A stretch of 64,000 nucleotides of DNA, from the NCBI GenBank assembly GCA_905235415.1, contig CAJOKX010000001.1, forward strand, positions 208 through 64,207. The letters are read 5' to 3'. Positions 28,583 through 37,865 of the stretch are shown here, piece by piece. The stretch comes from an uncultured Lachnospiraceae bacterium. Its GTDB lineage: Bacteria > Bacillota > Clostridia > Lachnospirales > Lachnospiraceae. Numbering within the stretch: position 1 is the first letter of the stretch; every line of letters begins with the position of its first letter. The translations under genes were made by a program, and so were the position numbers. The notes below the pieces were generated by a model. The model saw only the letters and a list, made by a program, of their open reading frames with translations, was not told where the DNA came from and did no database searches.

Positions 28583-31500
28583 TGGGGAAAGGCATGATCA
28601 GAGCACTCTATGAACCGATGCTGGAACTGGAAACGTTCCGGCGGATTCGCAGCAGGATGCAGAAGAATAAAGGTGTGATACAGGTGGGCGGCTGCATAGA
28701 TTCGCAGAAAGCCCACCTCATTGCATGCCTTGCGGAGGAATATCCGCTCACATGCATCATCGCGCCGGATGACCTGCGCGCCCGGGAGATCTATGAGAAT
28801 TACCAGGTCTTTGATCCGGACGTGCTGCTGTACCCTGCGCGGGATTATGTATTTTTCCAGGCGGATGTGCAGAGCCGCACGCAGACGGCAGGCCGGGTGC
28901 GCTGCATGAAGGCGCTCTCGGAGATTACCTCCGGGATGGGCAGCGACAAGGTGACCGTGATTGTGACGCAGTCCGCCCTTCTCGGGCACTGCATGAAGCC
29001 GGCGGAGTGGATGGATGCGGTGCGCTCTTTTAACACAGGCGATGAGATCGATCTGGGCGAGGAGAAGGCGGCGCTGTCCGCAGTCGGATATGAGCGGGTC
29101 GACCAGGTGGAGGAGCCGGGGCAGTATGCAAGCCGCGGCGGCATTCTGGACATTTATCCGCTGACGGAGGACAGCCCGGTCCGCATCGAGCTGTGGGGAG
29201 ATGAGATCGACAATATCCGCACATTTGACCCGCAGTCGCAGCGGACCAGGGAACAGATTGAGCAGGTCATCGTCTATCCGGCCTCCGAGTTTGTCACGAC
29301 CGGACCGGTTACGCAGGAGGGACTGCAGAAGGTTCGCAGAGAAGCGGAGCGTACGGCGAAAAAGTTCCGGCAGAAACAGATGTCGGAGGAAGCGTACCGG
29401 ATCGAAAGTCTTTCGCGGGAGGCGGAAGAGCGCCTGACGGACTTCTCGGATACGTCTGTCCTGGAGGGACTGTGCGATTATTTCTATCCCGAAGCGATCT
29501 CCTTCCTGGATTATTTCCCGGACGGGACCGTGTTTTTCGTGGACGAGCCGATGCGGGCGCAGGAACACGCGGACGCGGTCGAGGCGGAGTTTCGTGACAG
29601 CATGACGCACAGGCTGGAGAAAGGGTATGTGCTGCCGGGCCAGATGAAGATGCTGTTTGAAGGCAGCAGGATCGAGGCAAGGCTCCAGGAGAGAGGCATC
29701 GTGTGCCTGACCTCCCAGACGGATCCGAAAAGCCCGTACCAGATTCAGAGCAAGTTTGATATCCAGGCGGCCGGGTGCGGCGTCTACAACAGCAATTTCT
29801 CCCTGCTGGTCAAGGATCTGCAGGTCTATAAACGTCAGAAATACCGCGTGGTGCTTCTGTGTGCGTCCCGCACGCGCGGACAGCGCCTTGCGGGAGACCT
29901 GCTCGAGAACGGGGTGACGGCGTTTTATTCGGAGAAGGAGGACCGTGTCCTTGAGGGCGGCGAGGTCATGGTCACGTACGGAAACACACACAGGGGCTAT
30001 GAGTATCCCCTGGTAAAGTTCGCGGTCCTGTCCGAGTCGGATATCTTCGGACAAAGGCGCAGGAAGAAAAAGAAAAAAGAGCACAGCGGCAAGACGATCG
30101 CTTCGTTCACACAGCTTTCCCCAGGTGACTATGTGGTGCATGAGAACCACGGGATCGGGATCTACCGGGGCGTTGAGAAGATCATGGTGGACGGGATCCA
30201 GAAGGATTACATGAAGATCGAGTATGCGGGCGGGTCCAATCTGTTTGTCCTGGCCACGCAGCTGGACCTGATCCAGAAATACGCGGATTCGGACGCGAAG
30301 GCGCCGAGGATTGCGAAGCTGGGCTCCGAGTCCTGGTCGCACACCAAGACCCGCGTCAAGACAGCCGTGGAGGAAGTGGCGCAGGAACTGGTTGATCTGT
30401 ATGCCGTCCGGGCCAATCAGGCGGGATATGCATACAGCCCGGACTCTTCCTTCCAGACAGAGTTCGAGGAGCTGTTTCCGTTTGAAGAGACGCAGGACCA
30501 GCTGCAGGCGATCGAGGATACCAAGCGGGATATGGAATCCACCAAGATCATGGACCGCCTGATCTGCGGAGACGTCGGCTACGGCAAGACGGAGATCGCG
30601 ATCCGCGCCGCTTTCAAGGCGGTGACAGACGGACGGCAGGTGGCGATCCTGGTGCCGACGACGATCCTTGCCCAGCAGCACTATAACACGTTTGTGCAGC
30701 GGATGAAGGATTACCCGGTCGAGATCGGGCTGCTCAGCCGTTTCCGGACGAAGGCGGAGATGGCTGAGACGATCAAAGGACTGAAAAAAGGGACGGTGGA
30801 CATTGTCATCGGAACGCACCGCCTGCTGTCTTCAGACGTTGGCTTCAAGGACCTGGGGCTGCTGGTCATTGATGAGGAGCAGCGGTTCGGCGTGGTCCAT
30901 AAGGAAAAGATCAAGGAGATGCGCAGGAATGTGGACGTCCTGACGCTCAGCGCCACGCCGATTCCCAGGACACTGCATATGAGCCTTGCCGGGATCCGGG
31001 ATATGAGCGTACTGGAAGAGGCGCCGCAGGAGCGGCTCCCGATCCAGACCTACGTCATGGAATACAGCGATGAGACGGTGCGCGAGGCCATCACAAGGGA
31101 GCTGGCCAGGGGCGGGCAGGTCTACGTGGTATACAATCACGTATCGACGATTGCCGATATGACGGCGCACGTTGAGGAAATGGTGCCGGAGGCGCATGTT
31201 ACGTACGCGCACGGGCAGATGCAGTCTTCGCGCGTGGAAGACATCATGTACGATTTTATCAACGGGGATATCGACGTGCTGGTCACAACCACGATCATCG
31301 AGACCGGCATGGACATTTCCAACGCGAATACGATGATCATCTGCGATGCGGACCGGATGGGACTGTCACAGCTCTATCAGCTGCGCGGCCGCGTCGGGCG
31401 CTCCAACCGGACGGCGTACGCATTTCTCATGTACAAGAGGGACCGTATGCTGCAGGAGACGGCCGAGAAGCGGCTCAGCGCGATCCGGGAGTATACGGAA

Positions 31501-32127
31501 CTGGGCTCGGGTTTCAGGGTGGCCATGCGCGACCTGGAGATCCGCGGCGCCGGAAATATGCTCGGCAAGGCGCAGTCGGGGCACATGGCGCAGGTCGGCT
31601 ACGATCTGTACTGCAAGCTGCTCAATGCTTCCGTGATGAAGCTGAAGGGGGAATCCACGTCCGCAGCCGAATATGATACGTCGATCGATCTGACGATCGA
31701 CGCGTTCCTGCCGGATTCCTACATTCCCAATGAGAACCAGAAGCTGGACCTGTATAAGCGGATTGCGTCGATCGAGGGCCAGGAGGAGTACGAGGACATG
31801 CTGGATGAGCTCATGGACCGCTACGGAGAGCCGCCCGGATGCGTGCAGAACCTGCTGAAGGTGGCGCTGGTCAAGAGCATGGCGCATGACATCTATCTGA
31901 CAGAGCTGGTGCAGAAGGGCAGTGAGCTGCGGTTTACCTTCTGGAAGGAGGCACCGGTTGATCCGGAGAAGGTCGGCGCTTTTATGCAGAGCTATCGCTC
32001 CCGCCTGCGGTTTGTGGCGGGAGACGATCCGCATTTCTCCTATTCGCTCCAGGGCACGGGCGCTGCGGGGGCGGCTGTGCTCGCAGAGGCGGAGCGGCTG
32101 ATCGGGGAAATGAAACGGGAACTGTAA
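28582..32127 (+). CDS. mfd: Transcription-repair coupling factor
   Basis: The protein is 1181 aa with an UvrB-homology N-terminus, the helicase motifs GDVGYGKTE and DEEQRFG, and TRG/TD-like C-terminal regions. It follows pth, which is the usual arrangement. Confidence 0.9.
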   Translation: MGKGMIRALYEPMLELETFRRIRSRMQKNKGVIQVGGCIDSQKAHLIACLAEEYPLTCIIAPDDLRAREIYENYQVFDPDVLLYPARDYVFFQADVQSRTQTAGRVRCMKALSEITSGMGSDKVTVIVTQSALLGHCMKPAEWMDAVRSFNTGDEIDLGEEKAALSAVGYERVDQVEEPGQYASRGGILDIYPLTEDSPVRIELWGDEIDNIRTFDPQSQRTREQIEQVIVYPASEFVTTGPVTQEGLQKVRREAERTAKKFRQKQMSEEAYRIESLSREAEERLTDFSDTSVLEGLCDYFYPEAISFLDYFPDGTVFFVDEPMRAQEHADAVEAEFRDSMTHRLEKGYVLPGQMKMLFEGSRIEARLQERGIVCLTSQTDPKSPYQIQSKFDIQAAGCGVYNSNFSLLVKDLQVYKRQKYRVVLLCASRTRGQRLAGDLLENGVTAFYSEKEDRVLEGGEVMVTYGNTHRGYEYPLVKFAVLSESDIFGQRRRKKKKKEHSGKTIASFTQLSPGDYVVHENHGIGIYRGVEKIMVDGIQKDYMKIEYAGGSNLFVLATQLDLIQKYADSDAKAPRIAKLGSESWSHTKTRVKTAVEEVAQELVDLYAVRANQAGYAYSPDSSFQTEFEELFPFEETQDQLQAIEDTKRDMESTKIMDRLICGDVGYGKTEIAIRAAFKAVTDGRQVAILVPTTILAQQHYNTFVQRMKDYPVEIGLLSRFRTKAEMAETIKGLKKGTVDIVIGTHRLLSSDVGFKDLGLLVIDEEQRFGVVHKEKIKEMRRNVDVLTLSATPIPRTLHMSLAGIRDMSVLEEAPQERLPIQTYVMEYSDETVREAITRELARGGQVYVVYNHVSTIADMTAHVEEMVPEAHVTYAHGQMQSSRVEDIMYDFINGDIDVLVTTTIIETGMDISNANTMIICDADRMGLSQLYQLRGRVGRSNRTAYAFLMYKRDRMLQETAEKRLSAIREYTELGSGFRVAMRDLEIRGAGNMLGKAQSGHMAQVGYDLYCKLLNASVMKLKGESTSAAEYDTSIDLTIDAFLPDSYIPNENQKLDLYKRIASIEGQEEYEDMLDELMDRYGEPPGCVQNLLKVALVKSMAHDIYLTELVQKGSELRFTFWKEAPVDPEKVGAFMQSYRSRLRFVAGDDPHFSYSLQGTGAAGAAVLAEAERLIGEMKREL

Positions 32128-32149
32128 CCAGCGAAGTGCGCTGAAACGG

Positions 32150-32178
32150 TTGCAGTCAGGCGGCAAAAAGTTTATAAT
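32150..32178 (+). promoter_or_regulatory. Candidate sigma-A promoter
   Basis: TTGCAG, a 17-nt spacer, then TATAAT. Confidence 0.55.
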
Positions 32179-32277
32179 AAGCGGGTATTTCCGGGAATTC
32201 CCGCTCCGGTCAAAGAGCCGGGAGATGCGACTGCCCGGAATGCATAAAGCGTTGTGCTAGAAGGAGATAAAGAAGCA

Positions 32278-33597
32278 ATGAGAAAGACATGGAAGAAGGG
32301 GACAGCTCTTGTACTGGCGGCAGCACTGTGTGCGGCGGCTCTTGGCGGATGCTCGAAGAAGGATCAGACCGTAGAGGCCAAGCCGGTTTATTCACTGAAC
32401 GGGGAGAGCGTTGACGCGGATCTGACAACGTTCCTGCTTCGTTACAACCAGGCTCAGATTGATGAAGCGTACGGCGTCATGATGAGCAATTACTACGGGC
32501 AGAGCATCTGGACGATGGATCTTTCCGGATCCGGGATGAATTATGAGCTGACCTTCAAGGCGGAGTTTGCGGATGAACTGCAGAGGCTCATGCTGGCCGA
32601 GGAGCACGCCAAAGACTATGGCGTGGAAGTGACAGACGAAGAGAAGGCTGCCATCCAGAAGGCTGCAGCAGAGTTCATGTCTTCAAACGACGAGGAGACC
32701 CTCGCTGCGATGAATGCGACGCAGGAGACGGTGGAGAAAGCGCTGACGCTCTACACCATCCGCGCCAAGGAGCAGAAAGAGATGACGAAGGACGTCGACA
32801 CGGAGGTTTCCGATGACGAGGCTGCCCAGACGTCGGTTTCCTATATCCAGTTTATGCCCACCGTCGAGTCTGAAGCGGAAGACTTTTCCGTGGAGCTGAC
32901 GACCGAGGCGGAGACGGAAGCGGACGGAGCGCAGACAGAGGCTGAGACGGCTGCGTTTGAGACAGAGGAGGAAGACAAGACCTCTTCGGCAGACGAGACA
33001 GAAGCGTTGTTCCAGACGGAAGCCGAGACCGAGGATCCGGAGATGGCCATTGCCAGGGAGAAGTACTATGCGATGGCACAGGATGCGCTGGATCGGATCC
33101 AGGACGGCGAGGACTTTGATACCGTTGCGAGCGAGGTGCAGGCTCTGGGAACCGCGGGCGTTTACGTCAGCACATTTACATACGGCAAGGACGCCGAATA
33201 TCCGGAAGCGGAGATCAGAGACGCTGTGGAGGGCCTTCAGGACGGTGAAGTCGCAGACAGCATCGTAGAGAGTGAAGATTCCTTCTACATCCTGCATATG
33301 GACGCAGTCCTCGACGAGGAAGCGACCCAGGAGCGCAAGGATGAGATCGTAGAAGAGCGCAAACAGACGGCCATCGACATGGTCTACGCGACCTGGATGC
33401 AGGATGAGACCTGGGATACCGATACCGAAGCGCTCGCGCTGATCGCCATGACTGACCGCGTATACAACGCGCCGGAGGTTCCGGATACGGAAGCACTGAC
33501 CGAGGCCGGTACAGAGGCAGAGGCCATCGCTGAGACGGAAGCAGACATCGCTGCCCAGACAGAGGCGGAGAATATCGCACAGACAGAAGCTGAATAA
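32278..33597 (+). CDS. SurA-N/PrsA-like lipoprotein with acidic T/E/A-rich repeats
   Basis: The lipobox ALGGC is present, with SurA-N-like chaperone region strings and a degenerate parvulin-like segment (SFYILHM). The T-E-A-E low-complexity tracts are long. Confidence 0.5.
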   Translation: MRKTWKKGTALVLAAALCAAALGGCSKKDQTVEAKPVYSLNGESVDADLTTFLLRYNQAQIDEAYGVMMSNYYGQSIWTMDLSGSGMNYELTFKAEFADELQRLMLAEEHAKDYGVEVTDEEKAAIQKAAAEFMSSNDEETLAAMNATQETVEKALTLYTIRAKEQKEMTKDVDTEVSDDEAAQTSVSYIQFMPTVESEAEDFSVELTTEAETEADGAQTEAETAAFETEEEDKTSSADETEALFQTEAETEDPEMAIAREKYYAMAQDALDRIQDGEDFDTVASEVQALGTAGVYVSTFTYGKDAEYPEAEIRDAVEGLQDGEVADSIVESEDSFYILHMDAVLDEEATQERKDEIVEERKQTAIDMVYATWMQDETWDTDTEALALIAMTDRVYNAPEVPDTEALTEAGTEAEAIAETEADIAAQTEAENIAQTEAE

Positions 33598-33645
33598 CGA
33601 CCGGAAACAGACGCCTGCCCATGATCAGGAATCGGAGGATGAGAC

Positions 33646-34233
33646 ATGAAACTTCTGGAAGAGCGCATCAGGAAAGACGGTGTTGTCAAGGAAGGCGACA
33701 TTCTGAAGGTGGACAGCTTTCTGAATCACCAGATGGATATTGCTCTGTTCAATGAGATGGGCGCGGAGTTCAAACGGCTGTTTGCGGATTGCCCGATCAC
33801 AAAGATCCTGACGATCGAGGCCTCCGGGATCGGCATTGCGGCCATCACGGCGCAGCATTTCAACGTTCCGGTTGTCTTTGCCAAGAAGGCGCAGAGCGTG
33901 AATCTGGACGGGGAGATGTACACGACGAAGATCGAGTCCTTTACCCACAAGAGAACGTACGATGTCATCGTCTCCAAGAAGTTCCTCAGCAGCGACGACC
34001 ACATCCTGATCATTGACGATTTCCTCGCCAATGGCTGCGCTGTGAACGGACTGATCGATCTGATCCGCTCCGCGGGCGCATCGGTGGAAGGCGTCGGGAT
34101 CGCGGTTGAGAAAGGGTTCCAGACCGGCGGGCAGCTGATCAGGGACAAGGGGATCCGGGTTGAGTCCCTTGCGATCATTGAGCGCATGGACGCGAAGACC
34201 GGTGAGATTGTGTTCAGAGAACAGACTTCGTAA
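33646..34233 (+). CDS. xpt: Xanthine phosphoribosyltransferase
   Basis: [12 protein letters not shown]....[13 protein letters not shown] and [11 protein letters not shown]. Confidence 0.9.
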   Translation: MKLLEERIRKDGVVKEGDILKVDSFLNHQMDIALFNEMGAEFKRLFADCPITKILTIEASGIGIAAITAQHFNVPVVFAKKAQSVNLDGEMYTTKIESFTHKRTYDVIVSKKFLSSDDHILIIDDFLANGCAVNGLIDLIRSAGASVEGVGIAVEKGFQTGGQLIRDKGIRVESLAIIERMDAKTGEIVFREQTS

Positions 34234-34260
34234 TTGGATAAGATAAGATGAAGAAATGAA

Positions 34261-34295
34261 AAGATCCCGGAAGCCGGCAGGCCTCCGGGATCTTT
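34261..34295. terminator. Bidirectional terminator between xpt and mscL
   Basis: The AAGATCCCGGA / TCCGGGATCTT stem is flanked by A-rich and T-rich runs. Confidence 0.7.
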
Positions 34296-34309
34296 ATATC
34301 CGGATCGTG

Positions 34310-34747
34310 TTATTTCAGTTCGCTGGTACAGAATCCGCACCTGGTAGCCTCGATCGGGACTTCGTTCTTGCAGAACGGGCAGATCTTGGTGGTCGGAGCT
34401 GCTTCCGGCTCCGGTCTGCGGAGCTTATTCATCCCCTTGATGACCATGAACAGGACGAATGCAACGATGAGGAACTGCAGGACAGCCTGGATAAAGCTGC
34501 CGTACGCCAGCACTGCGGCGCCTGCGTCTTTTGCCTCAGAAAGAGTCTTATAGCTGCTTCCATCCAGCGCGATAAACAGGTTGCTGAAGTCGATCTTGCC
34601 GGTTGCCAGGGAGATGACAGGCATGATGACGTCGTCGACGAGAGATCCGATGATCGCATTGAACGCTCCGCCGATGATGACACCAACTGCCATATCCATG
34701 ACATTGCCGCGCATAATAAATTCTTTGAATTCACTTACCATTCCCAT
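34310..34747 (-). CDS. mscL: Large-conductance mechanosensitive channel with C-terminal CxxC...CxxC tail
   Basis: EFKEFIMRGNVMDMAVGVIIGGAF is the MscL signature. The tail reads CPFCKNEVPIEATRCGFCTSEL. Confidence 0.9.
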   Translation of the reverse strand: MGMVSEFKEFIMRGNVMDMAVGVIIGGAFNAIIGSLVDDVIMPVISLATGKIDFSNLFIALDGSSYKTLSEAKDAGAAVLAYGSFIQAVLQFLIVAFVLFMVIKGMNKLRRPEPEAAPTTKICPFCKNEVPIEATRCGFCTSELK

Positions 34748-34794
34748 AGCGGCTACCTCCTGAATGTGGGTATCAGTATTGTCGCTCCAAGTAT

Positions 34795-34822
34795 ATCATG
34801 GAACAGACCTCTGTTCCATGAT
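34795..34822. promoter_or_regulatory. Perfect 12-bp inverted repeat (candidate operator) in the mscL / sbcD-like divergent region
   Basis: ATCATGGAACAG-ACCT-CTGTTCCATGAT. Its right arm overlaps an extended -10-like TGATAAAAT (34819-34827). Confidence 0.45.
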
Positions 34823-34866
34823 AAAATGGGAAAAGAAACCGGAGGCTGACAGGATCGGATCTTATT

Positions 34867-35925
34867 ATGAAGTTTATGCATATTGCGGACGTGCATCTCG
34901 GGTGCACGCCGGACGCCAGAACAGAATGGGCAGAAGCGCGCAGCAGGGAGCTGTGGGAGACCTTCCGCAAGACCATCGCGGACGCATCCGCCCGGCAGGC
35001 GGACCTGGTGCTGATTGCGGGGGACCTGTTCCACCACACGCCGGATGAGGCGCAGCTGCGCGAGGTGAACTATCTGCTGGGATCCTACCCGCAGATCTGT
35101 TTCGCCATCATTGCCGGCAACCATGATTACTGGCCGGCAGGGAGCGCCTGGGAGACGTTTGAATTCGCTCCGAATGTCGCCCTGCTCGGAAGAGAGGGCG
35201 TCGAATGCATCCGCTTTGCCTCCATAGGCTGCGAGGTATACGGGTTCTCCTATGACCGCCCGCAGATCACAAAGGCGAGATATGACCATCTGCATCCCGA
35301 GGACAATGCGTATTTCCACATTCTCCTGGCACATGGCGGGGACGCGGACCATATACCGATCGACGTGCGTGCGCTGGAGCAGTCGGGGTTTGACTATATC
35401 GCGCTGGGCCATATCCACAAGCCGACGGTTGTGCTCCCCTCCAGGGCCCTGTATCCGGGCGCCCTGTCGCCGATTGATGCGGCGGATGAGGGACCGCACG
35501 GATATCTGGTCGGGGAAACGCACGGATCGCAGGTGCAGGTGAAGTTTGTCCGCAAGGCGCTTCGGGAATATGTCTCCATGCGCGTCACGGCTACGGAGGA
35601 TGATACCGTCCTGTCCATGCGGGACAAGGTGGAAAATGCGATTCTCGGCAGAGGCGCGGAGAATATCTACCGGATCACGCTGACCGGGGAGCGCAGCGCA
35701 GGGGTTCAGTTTGATACGGAGCTTCTCAGGAATGCAGGCATGGTTCTGGATGTTCGCGATGAGACCGTCCCGGCGCTGCATCTTCAGGAACTGAAGGAGC
35801 GCTACAGGGGACAGCTGATCGGACGGTATATAGAGAGCTTTGAAGGGCATGCGCTTTCAGAGGTGGAAGAGAAGGCGCTGCAGGCGGGTCTGGAGGCGCT
35901 GATGGCGTCGGGCGGGCGCACATAA
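34867..35925 (+). CDS. Mre11/SbcD-family metallophosphoesterase (YhaO-like DNA repair exonuclease)
   Basis: The phosphoesterase motifs occur in order: DVH, GDLFH, GNHD, LLAHG, GHIH. Confidence 0.8.
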   Translation: MKFMHIADVHLGCTPDARTEWAEARSRELWETFRKTIADASARQADLVLIAGDLFHHTPDEAQLREVNYLLGSYPQICFAIIAGNHDYWPAGSAWETFEFAPNVALLGREGVECIRFASIGCEVYGFSYDRPQITKARYDHLHPEDNAYFHILLAHGGDADHIPIDVRALEQSGFDYIALGHIHKPTVVLPSRALYPGALSPIDAADEGPHGYLVGETHGSQVQVKFVRKALREYVSMRVTATEDDTVLSMRDKVENAILGRGAENIYRITLTGERSAGVQFDTELLRNAGMVLDVRDETVPALHLQELKERYRGQLIGRYIESFEGHALSEVEEKALQAGLEALMASGGRT

Positions 35926-35938
35926 AGATACAGGGGCT

Positions 35939-37795
35939 ATGGAGATACTTGAACTGAATCTGAAACATTTCGGCAGGTTTACAGAGTACAAACTGCCGCT
36001 GCACGCAGGGATCAATGTCATTTCCGGCGGAAATGAAACCGGAAAGAGTACCCTGCATGCTTTCGTGCGCGCCATGTTCTACGGTCTTTCCAGAAACCGC
36101 TCCAGAAATCTGGATGAGTACCAGCTGCGTGAGCCGTGGGACAACCCTGCTTATTTTGCAGGGAGCATGCGTATCCTCTATGATCAGAAGATCTACCGGA
36201 TCGAGCGCAATTTCTACCGCAGGGATGAGAGCCTGCGTGTGATCTGCGAGACGACCGGGACGCAGCTGCAGGATCCGGAGGCGGCGCTTGCCGCTTTTAC
36301 GGCGGGGCTGAGTGAACAGGATTTTGACAATACGCTCTTTATCCGGCAGGCGCAGCCGGAGACGAGCGCGCAGCTCGGGGAACATATCCGGGATTTCCTG
36401 GTTAATCTGGAGGAGACCGGGAATACGAGCATGGATGTCAGCGCGGCGCAGGACTTTCTGAAGAAGAAGAGAAAACAGACAGAGAGCGAGAAAGCTGCGC
36501 AGCTGTCGAAGGTGGAGGAGGAGATCCGGGAGAACCTGCAGGAGAGTGAATACCTGAACCGGGATCTGGAACGCCTTCTGGAGAAGAGCGCCGCCGGGCC
36601 GGAGGATGCAGGGACGCGTCCGTTTGAGCGGATCGACGCGAAGGAGCAGCAGGAGCAGCAGGAGCAGGCTCCGCCCCCCTCTGTTTCTTCTGAAACAAAG
36701 TGCGTGGAAGTGGAGAGAGCGCGCGCAGTCCGGGAGGAAGAAGAGGCGGCCGAAGAGGCCCCGGAAGAGGACAGCGAGCCGGGCGGCCTGCTGCTGTCCG
36801 TGCTGGTCATGCTTTCCTTTGTGGCGGCGGGCCTGGCGGTTGTCTGCGCCTTTCTCACGACGGATCACAGGATGCGCTATGTCCTTGCCGGAGGCGGCGT
36901 GCTCTTCCTGATCATCGCCCTGTCCCTGCTCTGGCGGATCACCCATCCGGTGTCGAGGACCGAGAAGGCGATCCGGCGGGCAAAGTACGGAGAATTCCTG
37001 GACCGCCATCTGGGATTTCGGGAGGATCCGGATGATCCGCTGTCAAGGGAGGACCAGCTTCGCAGGCAGCGCCGGATGCAGGAGAAGGTGGACAGAGCCC
37101 GGCAGATGGACCGGGAGGAAGAAGAGAGGCGGGAAGAAAACCGCCGCATGCTGCTGGAGAAGACCCTGCGCGAGCAGGAAGAGGAAGAGCGGCAGAAAAG
37201 GGCGCGCGAGGTTGCCGAGATTGCCGCAAAGAGCCGGGACGGAAGGCAGGATGTGCTGAACCGTGAGATCAGCACCCGCAGGGAGCGGATCGACGCACTG
37301 AAAGAAGAGCTTGAGAAGCTCTATGCAAAAAAGAGTTCGCTCACATCCTATGACACGCAGCTGCAGGCGATCGACCTTGCTTCCTCCAGGATCAGGGAGC
37401 TGTCGGGGAAGATCTACCATGAGAGCGGAGACGAATTTATGGAGACGGTGTCCTCCATGATCGCCGGCCTGACGGAAGGCCGGTACGGCAGGATCTCTCT
37501 GGATGAGCGTATGCAGGTGAAGATCAATACGCCCGAGCGGCTCCTGTCCATTGAGCAGGTCGGCTGCGGAACGATGCACCAGATCTATTTCGCGCTGCGC
37601 CTTTGCTCTGCCTCTCTGCTGTCGGGCGGAGCGGATCTGCCCATTTTACTGGACGAGACGTTTGCCATGTATGACGATGAGCGGATGGAGAGCGCGCTGA
37701 GGTATCTGTCCGGAACCGGCCGGCAGGTGCTCCTGTTCTCGTGTCAGAGAAGGGAACTGGAGGCGCTTGCGAGAATCCGCGGAAAGGCAACTTGA
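35939..37795 (+). CDS. ABC/SMC-like ATPase (YhaN-like) with a central two-helix membrane hairpin
   Basis: Walker A is GGNETGKST. The C-terminus carries ILLDETFAMYD (Walker B/D-loop). Charged coiled-coil-like stretches flank the hydrophobic segments LLLSVLVMLSFVAAGLAVVCAFL and YVLAGGGVLFLIIALSLLW. Confidence 0.7.
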   Translation: MEILELNLKHFGRFTEYKLPLHAGINVISGGNETGKSTLHAFVRAMFYGLSRNRSRNLDEYQLREPWDNPAYFAGSMRILYDQKIYRIERNFYRRDESLRVICETTGTQLQDPEAALAAFTAGLSEQDFDNTLFIRQAQPETSAQLGEHIRDFLVNLEETGNTSMDVSAAQDFLKKKRKQTESEKAAQLSKVEEEIRENLQESEYLNRDLERLLEKSAAGPEDAGTRPFERIDAKEQQEQQEQAPPPSVSSETKCVEVERARAVREEEEAAEEAPEEDSEPGGLLLSVLVMLSFVAAGLAVVCAFLTTDHRMRYVLAGGGVLFLIIALSLLWRITHPVSRTEKAIRRAKYGEFLDRHLGFREDPDDPLSREDQLRRQRRMQEKVDRARQMDREEEERREENRRMLLEKTLREQEEEERQKRAREVAEIAAKSRDGRQDVLNREISTRRERIDALKEELEKLYAKKSSLTSYDTQLQAIDLASSRIRELSGKIYHESGDEFMETVSSMIAGLTEGRYGRISLDERMQVKINTPERLLSIEQVGCGTMHQIYFALRLCSASLLSGGADLPILLDETFAMYDDERMESALRYLSGTGRQVLLFSCQRRELEALARIRGKAT

Positions 37796-37820
37796 CATTA
37801 TCACCCCTGTTCTTGTATGA
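37791..37820 (+). promoter_or_regulatory. Candidate promoter for the purO-like/AICARFT pair
   Basis: TTGACA, an 18-nt spacer, then TATGAT. The element overlaps the preceding stop codon. Confidence 0.45.
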
Positions 37821-37865
37821 TGGCGGCGTTGTTTCATCAGTCATACAGAAGAGCGAGGTGATCCT

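Noticed and set aside
33598-33645. Purine (guanine) riboswitch upstream of xpt, as in Bacillus subtilis.
   Set aside because: Only 48 nt separate the preceding stop from the xpt start. That is too short, and the sequence lacks the conserved purine-riboswitch junction.
34795-34822. LexA (Cheo) box upstream of the repair operon.
   Set aside because: The half-sites GAAC and GTTC are separated by 8 nt, not the 4 nt of CGAACNNNNGTTCG. It is kept only as a generic operator candidate.
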